Below, piece after piece: positions 17,801 through 26,144 of a DNA stretch of 64,000 bases. The notes beneath the pieces are model-generated. The model was given only the letters and a program-made list of their open reading frames with translations. It did not search any database and was not told the DNA's origin. The DNA lies in the NCBI GenBank assembly GCA_044225505.1, contig JBGAIN010000011.1, positions 1 through 64,000 on the forward strand, given 5' to 3'. How positions within the stretch are numbered: the first letter of the stretch is position 1; each line of letters opens with the position of its first letter. The position numbers and the translations under genes are program-made. Source of the stretch: Limisphaerales bacterium. GTDB lineage: Bacteria > Verrucomicrobiota > Verrucomicrobiia > Limisphaerales > SIBE01.

Positions 17801-19935
17801 TGCACCGTATCAAATGGGCGTTGGTGCTGCCGTCTGCGCGTTCCTGCGAAATCGCCGCCCAAATAGACGCTGTCTTCTTGAGGCTGCAGCACATGGACCG
17901 AACCCGTGGCGCGAACCCAGCCTACGTCAAACGTTCCGAGTTGCCCGTTCGGTCCGAGCCTGGCCACCAAGCGAGTGTTCGTGTCACCGATGCGCATGAA
18001 GCTGCCGGAGATCAATACTTGCCCATCTGCTTCTGGTAATACGCAGGAGACTAATCCCTGAACGGGCCCAGGTGGCGCGAAGCGTGGGTCAGGAAATCCT
18101 GCCTTTTGCGTGACATTGGTAACACTGATGTATACCGGAGTGCCAACGTCCGTGCCCAAGACGTTTCGCACCGTGACTGTGACAGGCTCGGCTCCAAATG
18201 TGCGGAGATTGGGAAGGCGCAACGTGGGATTAGTTGCTCCTGGAATACTCTCGTTGCCAATCTTCCACTGAAACTCGACTGGTTCAGAGCTTCTCAATCC
18301 ACAACCTAGGATCACATCTTCGCCCGACCGGATTGCAAGCTTCCCAATCCACTTCAGGAAGTTGGATTGAAGTGTTGGCAGGTTGCACGCTGTGACCGAG
18401 GTCATGTTGGGCGGTTCCGCGGCACCGGCCCCTCCAAAGAATCGAGCAATCCGATTTCGCGGCAAACCCCCAGCGACGGTGAAGTTTCCGACTGCAACGA
18501 TCTTGTCGTCCGGGAGTATCGCGATGGCATTCCCATACCCGGCATCGGAAGTGCCGGCGTTAGTACTGTTGCCAAAAGTGGAGTTAACTGACCCATCCGT
18601 ATTGATTCTGGCAAGAATAGGACGACTAAGCCCGTTCACATACAGTGATTGTCCTGAAAGCAACAAACGGCCGTTTCTATCCGCCGCCACGCAGTGGACG
18701 TCGGAGAACAATCCGCCTTCTGGTCGTCCAGCGACGGTGAAGAACGTCGGGTCCACCTCCCCGGTTTCGGTGAGACGGACGACTCCGGCGCGGACTTCGT
18801 CATTCGCTCGTTTAACGTTGCCGGAGATGTAAAGTTTCCCATCCGCAGCCGGCAAGACGGACCGCACATACTGTGCAGTATCAAACCCGTGGACTCCCCA
18901 ACCCGGGTTGAAATCCCAATCGAGGCGGCCGTCGGGCAGCAACCGTGCTACGTCAATACGGCGAGAATTCCCGACCGTGGAAAACGTGCCACCGATGATA
19001 ATGCGCTCGTCGGTCTGTACCGCCGCGCTATAGATAAACCCGTCCGGCGGAGTGCTCGCGAACGTGGAATCGATCGATCCGTCCGGATTGAGTCGCACCA
19101 ACCGACCAAGCGGTTTGGAGTCAAACGAGCTGAAGGCACCAGCGACCAGGATCTTACCGTTAGAATCAATTGCTAAGCTATAAACGGGGCCGTCTGTTCC
19201 GTTCCCAATTTGGAACGACTCGTCAATGGACCCGTCCGAGTTTAGGCGGAACAAGTTGGAGCGGATCAGTCCGTTACTGTGACTGAAAACACCGCCACCC
19301 AAAATCTTCCCGTCTGGCTGGAGTAGAAGAGTCCGGACGGTTCCATCCACGCCTGCATCTGGCGAAAAACTCGGGTCGAGCGTCCCATCAGAATTCAATC
19401 GAGCCAAGCCAGGGCGAGACCTGCCGTCGAAGGTCGTCATGGCGCCGCCGATGACTAACTTCCCGTCGGATTGAACCTGGAGCGCGAACAACTCTCCATC
19501 AGCGCCCGTGCCAGGATTGAAGGTGGCATCTCCATTGCCTGGGGTGAAATCCTCTGTGGCTTCGAGACAAAGAATCGCAACATTGCTTCGAACGGCGCCA
19601 CCTGTATTCGAAACTTGAACGAAGTAAGCGCCGGCATCAGCGGCGCGCGCGTTGAGAATTAATAGCGTAGCGTTGGTTTGATCAGCGACCACCGTTCCAT
19701 TCCAAAACCACTGATAGTTCATAGGTGTAGGACTGGAAGCAGCGACACTGAATGCTGTGGATCGCCCCGGAAAGGTTCGAACGGAAACCGGATGTTGGCC
19801 AATCACTGGAGGGGATAGAGGCTCGATTGCCGCACGCAACACCGCCAACTCTGGAAGAACTATGACAGAAGTGATTAATCCAAGAAGAAATGACCCTATG
19901 ACAGGTCCTTGAAAGTGACCCAGTAATCGGCGCAT
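14803..19935 (-). CDS. Very large secreted delta-60 repeat (beta-propeller) protein with Ig-like and putative Ig/cadherin domains; split by at least 3 frameshifts
   Basis: Repeats Q.DGKI...G.F....G..R..LARLN.DG.LD..F continue across ORFs 17713-19935, 16368-17894, 16235-16492 and 14803-16371; Ig-like YQWFWNG..NATL; C-terminal WSADLTHW..LFYRL module. Confidence 0.8.
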
Positions 19936-20047
19936 GAATCATAAGACTAGCTTGCCATGCGGAATAATAACAGCAAAAAGGCTACTGCAAGCAGGGCGAT
20001 GCATGGTGATAGAAATCTGATTCATGAAGCGTCGAAGTTGACCGTGT

Positions 20048-20557
20048 GCGACATGTTTGTTGAGGCGTGATGGCAGGCAGGGGCAGATTCTGGCAATGGC
20101 AAGGAAGTCGGAGGTGCTGTATCCGGGCGCGATCTACCTCGTGCTGACCTCGAGGGACTCGACGCGAACGAATGGTGGTCGATGGCACGAAGTGGTTTTG
20201 GGGGAGATGAGGATTCCCAAGGACAGTGGGGATGGACGCCGCGAGTTGGAACGACAAGTCGAAGCGTGGCAGACCACGCTCCTGCACGCGTGCGTGAGTT
20301 GCTGAAGCAAACGTGAGGATCAACTCGCCTATTCCCGATTTCCGGGAGAGACGTCACTGAATGTTCCTGATCTGGCTCGTAATCTTGATCCACGATTGGC
20401 AGCCGGCGAGGTCACGAGGCGGAATGATTTCTTTTCAGGGAATGATCTTCTAATGACCACTCGCAGCGCCGTCCTACCCAGCCCGTTCGGATCCGGCGCT
20501 GGGAGATTTCAAATCTCCTTAGCTAGGGACCAAGCAAAGAGGTGCGGAGTTGTTTCC
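20048..20557 (+). repeat. Composite degenerate repeat copy B: RAYT 5'/internal remnant (20096-20272) + conserved block + REP-like GCAGCGCCGTCCTACC and GGAGATTTCAAATCTCC
   Basis: ATG 20096 MARKSEVLYPGAIYLVLTSRD..VLGEMRIPKDSGDGRRELERQVEAW (RAYT start fused to an internal segment); shares three blocks with 13978-14238. Confidence 0.75.
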
Positions 20558-20739
20558 CAGGCTCGACCCGAAGCCAAAGAAGACCGTCGTGTCATACGGT
20601 TGCTGACGGCGTGCTAACAGCAACAGAAGATTCCTGCAGCTCTCGATCGTCTTTTTCGCTGCGGGGCTAATCGCCTTGACCGATCTCTGACTTCGTCGCA
20701 AGGTGCGTCTTGGTAAACCGACAATACGTGGAGATGCCT

Positions 20740-23700
20740 ATGCAACGCATTCGTGAATTCATTCCGCTTTCTCTCAAAGTCCTCGCGATCGCAGCCACCC
20801 TGTTCGGTCCAGTGTCTCGCCTTTGCGCGGATATTACTCCGATTCTCGAGTATCGAATGGGCGAAGACGATTCCCCCAACACTCTCAACGGTCCTGCGAC
20901 CGACCCGAGCAAAGCCAAGACCGGCACTGAAAATCTGACACGTCACGGTGCACCACGTTACGTTGCGGGCAACGCTGCGGTCACTTCCACTCGTGCGATT
21001 CAATTCAGTAATGTCGCGGGCGTCGCGCCGCAGTTCTACAGCACGGAATTTGACTTCAATCCGACTGAGGCAAATCAGTGGGGGTTTAGCTGCTGGGTGA
21101 AGTTCGATGCCTTGCCTGACCCGGATCGTTCGCCGGAAGTTACGATTCTGCAGATCGGCGACATCACGGCGAACTCCATCGTGCTGCAGACGATGGCCAA
21201 AGACGGAGGCATCAAGTTCGGGACGCACGCTCCGGGCATCGCCATAAACGTGGGCAGCTCCGAAGTCCAGCTTGGACGCTGGACGCACCTTGCGGTGGTC
21301 TTCGACGGCAGCGGGCGGTTGTTCGTGAACGGTGTGGAGGAAGCGTCAGTGGGCGCTGGGCAGGATCCGCCAGCCGGGTTTACCGTTGGTGGTACACGCT
21401 TCACGACCGGCAGTTTTGGTTCAGCGGGTAGTTTTACGGTGGATGATGTGCGTCTGTTTGAAGTGCCAGCAGGGACGTTCACAGAGGCGGATTTGGGCGT
21501 TCCAGCGGTCACCGGTCCGTTCGTCTCCGCCGTTACCGGAGGGCCGCTTGGGTTTACGATCGAAATTCAGGATAACATTGACGCGTCCCTCGATGCGACC
21601 AGCCTCGTCCTGAAGGTTAATGGCACGGAAATAAAACCGACGTCCGTCACCAAGCCGTCGAGCACCCTCATTGAAGTGCAGCGCCCAGTGGAGAACCCGT
21701 TCCCCGGAGGTGTTTACGGAATCGAGATCAGCTTTAAAGACACGACCGGAAAAGCTTATACGGACGCGCGCTCGTTCCGAGTGCGCGCCTACACGTTGGT
21801 GCCACAAGCTTTCCTGGCCAGCGGCGTCGATAAGAACGCGCATGGGTTCTTAGTCCGCTCGTACCAAACCACGAACGAACAACCCAACAGCTTGAAGTGG
21901 ACTGAAGAGCAACTGGACGGGGCGCACGGAGCGAATCTGGCCAACCTCGCGGGGGCGACTGGCGGCTATTTCGTCCGCGATAGTGTGATCGACTTCAAGA
22001 ACGAAGCGGGGGGCAGTGCCAACTTCCAATATGACTTTCTGTTCTCCGAGATCGGGATTCCAGGCAGCACTCTCAGCACCGAAGACAACATGGCTCTTGA
22101 GGTTCTTACGTATCTCGAGTTTCCGGCGGCTGGCTTCTACACTTTGGGGGTCAATAGCGATGACGGTTTCCGGGTGAGCACCGGAGCCAATGCCCGAGAA
22201 AAGCTTGGCACTGTGCTCGGGCAGTATGACGGCGATCGGCTCGCTGCAGATACCACCTTCCCGATTTATATCCCCAAAGCAGGGATTTATCCGTTCCGCC
22301 TTGTTTACGAGAATGGATCTGGGACCGCCTCGTTGGAATGGTTCAGCGTGCTGGCCGACGGGAGCAAGGTGCTGCTCAATGACACCGTCACTCCCGGAGC
22401 GATTCCAGCCTACCGGGTTGGACCTAATCCAGCCTACGTCTCGAGTGTCTCTCCATTTCCAGACGACACGGAAGCATCCCGAAGCGGCGGCATCACGATC
22501 AAGATCACGGATGGCGATACCACGGTCAGCGAAAGCTCGGTTCTGTTGGGGCTCAATGGCGCAGTGGGCACGCCAACGACCGTCTCGAAGACTGGAAGTG
22601 TCATCACCGCGGCACTCAAACCGGCTAGTGCACTGTCGGCCGGATCGACCAACCGGGCCACCTTAGTCTACGTGGATAGCAACGGCCTCAGCGTGACCAA
22701 CTCCTGGAGTTTTGTCGTGCCGCAGCAACTTGGCGGCATTGTTCTGATTACCCCCAATGGCATTACCCAAAAGGCGGGAGATACTTTGGGCGGGTTTCCA
22801 GTGGCCAACCTGATCAACAACTCTGGTTTTAGCACTCCACCAGATGCCAATAGCTTTGCCACGACGACGCACAATGCCTCGGGGAACACCTGGGTGACAG
22901 CAACGTCGACGGGGCCCAACTATTTTGCAGCTGGGAAGACACCGCCAATCTTTGTACTGTCATTGCCTGGGTTGTTTGAACTGAGCGACCTGGTGGTTTG
23001 GGGATACGGAGGGAATAACAATGAGGCGACCGATTTCAGTGTGGAGTTCTCCACGGACGGTGGCACCACTTTCTCAGGGAGCGAATCTGTGCAAACCAAG
23101 GCACTGCTGGGCGGTAACGGCGCCGCCCTCACATTTGCTCAGAAGCACAGTGCTAATGCAGTCCGCGTGACCATGACCAACAATGGCGGCGGCCGAGAGT
23201 TCACCGGCGCGGGTACGGGTGATCGTGTTGGACTAGGGGAAATCAAGTTCCTCGGACGCGCAGTCCTGTTGATTACCCCCAGCGGCATTACCCAAAAGGC
23301 GGGCGATACGCTCGGCGGATTTCCCGTCGCCAACCTGATCAACAACTCTGGGTTCTCGACGCCCCCAGACTCCGGTAATTTTAGCACGACGGCCCACAAC
23401 GCCTCGGGGAACACTTGGGTGACGTCCACGGCCGCCAGCCCGAACTATTTCTCCGCTGGCCATGTGCCTCCTCAATTCGTCATGACTCTGCCCGATCTCT
23501 ACGAGCTGAATGCCCTCGTTGTTTGGGGCTACGGCGGCAACAATAACGAGGCGACGGATTTCGCCGTCGAATTCTCCACTGACTCGGGCGCGACCTTCGC
23601 GGGCAGCGAGACGGTGCAGACCACCGCGCTGCTCGGCGGCAACGCGGCGGCTCTCGCATTCGCCAACACGCACAGCGCGAATGCCGTTCGCATCACCATG

Positions 23701-23997
23701 ACAAACAATGGCGGTGGCCGCGGCTTTGCCGGCGCTGGGAGCGGTGACCGGGTTGGGTTGGGCGAAATAAAATTTCTGGGCAAAGCGCCCGAACCGACTC
23801 AACCGTTGGCTCTGACGGTAACGCGCAGCAGCACCGGAATTGAAATTGCCTGGCCCTCGGACAGCACCGGGGTCGTCCTCGAATTCAGCGATCGAATCCC
23901 GGCGGTCGCGTGGACGGCGGTAACTGGGGTGACGGGCAATCGATTCACAGTGACGCCTGGATCGGGAATCCGATTCTATCGCTTGAACAAGCCCTAA
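20740..23997 (+). CDS. Large secreted multidomain protein: LamG/concanavalin-like, PA14-like, two tandem ~175-aa beta-sandwich (discoidin-like) repeats
   Basis: GGAG SD before ATG 20740; signal peptide; LamG WTHLAVVFDG..LFVNG..VDDVRLF; PA14-like GFYTLGVNSDDGFRV..YPFRLVYENG; 525-nt tandem repeat; C-terminal RFYRL module. Confidence 0.8.
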   Translation: MQRIREFIPLSLKVLAIAATLFGPVSRLCADITPILEYRMGEDDSPNTLNGPATDPSKAKTGTENLTRHGAPRYVAGNAAVTSTRAIQFSNVAGVAPQFYSTEFDFNPTEANQWGFSCWVKFDALPDPDRSPEVTILQIGDITANSIVLQTMAKDGGIKFGTHAPGIAINVGSSEVQLGRWTHLAVVFDGSGRLFVNGVEEASVGAGQDPPAGFTVGGTRFTTGSFGSAGSFTVDDVRLFEVPAGTFTEADLGVPAVTGPFVSAVTGGPLGFTIEIQDNIDASLDATSLVLKVNGTEIKPTSVTKPSSTLIEVQRPVENPFPGGVYGIEISFKDTTGKAYTDARSFRVRAYTLVPQAFLASGVDKNAHGFLVRSYQTTNEQPNSLKWTEEQLDGAHGANLANLAGATGGYFVRDSVIDFKNEAGGSANFQYDFLFSEIGIPGSTLSTEDNMALEVLTYLEFPAAGFYTLGVNSDDGFRVSTGANAREKLGTVLGQYDGDRLAADTTFPIYIPKAGIYPFRLVYENGSGTASLEWFSVLADGSKVLLNDTVTPGAIPAYRVGPNPAYVSSVSPFPDDTEASRSGGITIKITDGDTTVSESSVLLGLNGAVGTPTTVSKTGSVITAALKPASALSAGSTNRATLVYVDSNGLSVTNSWSFVVPQQLGGIVLITPNGITQKAGDTLGGFPVANLINNSGFSTPPDANSFATTTHNASGNTWVTATSTGPNYFAAGKTPPIFVLSLPGLFELSDLVVWGYGGNNNEATDFSVEFSTDGGTTFSGSESVQTKALLGGNGAALTFAQKHSANAVRVTMTNNGGGREFTGAGTGDRVGLGEIKFLGRAVLLITPSGITQKAGDTLGGFPVANLINNSGFSTPPDSGNFSTTAHNASGNTWVTSTAASPNYFSAGHVPPQFVMTLPDLYELNALVVWGYGGNNNEATDFAVEFSTDSGATFAGSETVQTTALLGGNAAALAFANTHSANAVRITMTNNGGGRGFAGAGSGDRVGLGEIKFLGKAPEPTQPLALTVTRSSTGIEIAWPSDSTGVVLEFSDRIPAVAWTAVTGVTGNRFTVTPGSGIRFYRLNKP

Positions 23998-24090
23998 TCA
24001 TTCCGAGACGGCAATGCTGGACGATAGGTCTCTGATTAATTGAGCCTCCGAGTTACCGAGATGGCCTAGTTGTTCCGAACTTATCGACCG

Positions 24091-24282
24091 CTAAAGCTCC
24101 TTGAGCTTAACTTTGGACAGGCGCTTGAACTGGTCGAATTCAAGGTCGGTGAACGCGCCGAGCAGTGTGGCCTGGCCGTAATCCCCTTGATTGGCATAGA
24201 GGCGGAGATCGGTGTGCTGCCTCAGCAGTTCGGAGAAGCGCGGGATTTTCGCTTTGCCAAAATGCTGAACATACTGAGGGAC
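24091..24282 (-). pseudogene. Start-less 3' gene fragment (63 codons), family not recognised
   Basis: Open frame VPQYVQHFGKAKIPRFSELLRQHTDLRLYANQGDYGQATLLGAFTDLEFDQFKRLSKVKLKEL* with coding-like codon usage, preceded by an in-frame TGA. Confidence 0.4.
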
Positions 24283-24306
24283 TCAACAAGCCGTGAGCTG
24301 CGCCGA

Positions 24307-24735
24307 TCAGCCCGGCTCGATCCAGCGGATGTCTGTAATGTCCGGATCGGACGAGAGTATGATCGCTAAAGCCTCGGTAAGGCGAGTCAACGCTGGCGTA
24401 GCATCGACCCGACGGAAGAGCTTCTTGACCACGGGCGTGCTCGGGTCGGTGAAGCACAAGAATTTGTCGTTGTCCCCGTTCTGATGGCCGCAACACAGCG
24501 CGAGCCGGAATTCGTCATTCGGAATCGGAATATAATAGCCCCAGTCTTCGACCACAAATGGACCTGACTGGATGCCACGGGCCGCGAGCTTCTCGACGAG
24601 ATATTCTGCTAATCGCCGGCCCCACAAGCCCGGGTTGATCTCTTCTTCCTCGCCTTGATAAGGGGGGAACTTCTTGGACCGGAACTCGACTTGTGTTTTC
24701 AATGGGTAATGAGTGCGTGAAGCATGACTCAGCAT
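24307..24735 (-). CDS. Hypothetical protein
   Basis: Protein-like KTQVEFRSKKFPPYQGEEEEINPGLWGRRLAEYL..EDWGYY..DPDITDIRW; probable start TTG 24702. Confidence 0.7.
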   Translation of the reverse strand: MLSHASRTHYPLKTQVEFRSKKFPPYQGEEEEINPGLWGRRLAEYLVEKLAARGIQSGPFVVEDWGYYIPIPNDEFRLALCCGHQNGDNDKFLCFTDPSTPVVKKLFRRVDATPALTRLTEALAIILSSDPDITDIRWIEPG

Positions 24736-24852
24736 GGAGCGGCTTCAACCCCAATTTCGTGAGCCACTCTTTCCGCAAACCGTGGGGCTGGCATGAAGCG
24801 CACCGAATCGTGTCTCGGGATGCGGTCCAATGGGGCATCGAGCGTCCTCAGG

Positions 24853-25260
24853 CTAGAATAGCTGTCCCTGCGACGGTGGAGACTCTGAATTGGATTGGCC
24901 GAACGGATGGTCGGGCTGCCGTTGCCGCACGACATCTCGGACTTTGGCTAACACATGCTCCAAATGACATGGCAAAGGCGCACACCAGCATTGCAGCGCG
25001 ATCCGCTCGTTCGCCAGCACACGGTCGGCCAACTCTTGAATGGCGCGACACATCGGGCCTTGCGAAGCCCAGTCGGCTTCGAGATCGAGGCGGTAAGCTT
25101 CGATAACTCGCGCGCGCTCGTCCGGATCGCGAGGGTTGTGCAAGACGTGCCGGTTGCCCAGGACGGGGTTGGTGCGATCACCGTCGAGGACGGTTTCGCC
25201 AGGCTCGGGCTTTGGGCCCTTGCTCTTGCGCTTGTTCGTGATGCGAATGTAACCGGTCAT
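24853..25260 (-). CDS. DUF4326 domain-containing protein
   Basis: DRTNPVLGN..R..VIEAYR..LQCWCAPLPCHLEHV matches the DUF4326 L.CWCAP..CH motif. Confidence 0.8.
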   Translation of the reverse strand: MTGYIRITNKRKSKGPKPEPGETVLDGDRTNPVLGNRHVLHNPRDPDERARVIEAYRLDLEADWASQGPMCRAIQELADRVLANERIALQCWCAPLPCHLEHVLAKVRDVVRQRQPDHPFGQSNSESPPSQGQLF

Positions 25261-25370
25261 GAGTATCCATTCTACGACGGGAATAGAATTGCCTGAAACT
25301 CTTCCGGGAGGATAGTGAAGGTGTGAGTGCCTAACTCACGGCGTTGGTGGGTGGGGCACGATGTTGTAAC

Positions 25371-26063
25371 ATGAAGGTATCTTCGGCAATCTGGATGGCG
25401 ATCGTCGTCGGTGTTTGGTCCACCGTCCTGGAATCCGCCCTGAGCCAGCAAACGGGGGCCAGGTTCGTCAAGAGCGGTTTTGTCGGGGAGGCGTTCTTTC
25501 TTGGGCTCGTGCCTGAGACCCACCAGTGGCTGACGGTGGAGGTCTCGACCAATCTGGTCACCTGGACCGCGCTCGCGCACTTGAGCACGACAAATCACGT
25601 TACCGAATTCGTCGACACGGAGGTAGCTAGGGAGCCGAAGCGGTTTTATCGGTTGCGCCAACCTGGGATGACCCTCGCTGAAGCGGAGGCGATCTGGTTG
25701 CAGGGAGCTATCGATGGTTACCAGTTCCACATCCAGCACGTTCGCTCCTACGCTCGCCCGGCTGTGCTCGATGCCGTCGTTACCGTCCGTGCGGGGAAGA
25801 AACAGGTATCCGATGTCTTGGCGGATGGGGAGCGGCCGATCGAGACCGTGGATTCGAGCGAATTGCCGATGATTTCCGAGCTGTTTGAAAGGCTCAAGCA
25901 AGCGCAAGCGCCGGGCTGTTGGCGCGTTGCTGTCATCTATGATTCGATTCGTGGTTACCCGTCCTGGTGCGTGATGGAGCGGTTGACCGACGACCTCGTG
26001 AACGGAAAGCACATCGACATCTACCGCGCGACAGGCTTTTCGGTGACCGAGGCTGGCTTTTGA
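25371..26063 (+). CDS. Secreted protein: STNL..W..FYRL module + DUF6174-like domain
   Basis: Signal peptide; VEVSTNLVTW..FVD..KRFYRL; LAEAEAIW...I..YQF..VTVR.G..ISELFE..V.YD...GYP. Confidence 0.65.
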   Translation: MKVSSAIWMAIVVGVWSTVLESALSQQTGARFVKSGFVGEAFFLGLVPETHQWLTVEVSTNLVTWTALAHLSTTNHVTEFVDTEVAREPKRFYRLRQPGMTLAEAEAIWLQGAIDGYQFHIQHVRSYARPAVLDAVVTVRAGKKQVSDVLADGERPIETVDSSELPMISELFERLKQAQAPGCWRVAVIYDSIRGYPSWCVMERLTDDLVNGKHIDIYRATGFSVTEAGF

Positions 26064-26144
26064 GGGCGACGCGGCCATGCTGACGGCCAAAGGTTGAAAT
26101 CGCCTCGCGTACTGGCCGCACTCCGTTGAATTCAAAACAGGCGT

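Noticed and set aside
14803..19935. Three separate delta-60 genes or programmed frameshifting
   Set aside because: Repeat units continue across the junctions and no slippery heptamer was evident; one gene with indel errors or decay is simpler.
22744..23781. Tandem repeat as a DGR TR/VR pair
   Set aside because: Both copies are in-frame coding, and differences fall mostly at synonymous third positions rather than at adenines.
24740..24840. Possible group II intron maturase C-terminal remnant (..KEWLTKLGLKPL)
   Set aside because: Too short; no RT motifs or domain V/VI structure found nearby.
24280..25350. Integron cassette array (GTTGAGT at ~24281-24287 on -, GCCTAAC at ~25329-25335)
   Set aside because: No complete attC with paired R''/L''/L'/R' boxes, no integrase, and genes on mixed strands; kept only as a weak note.
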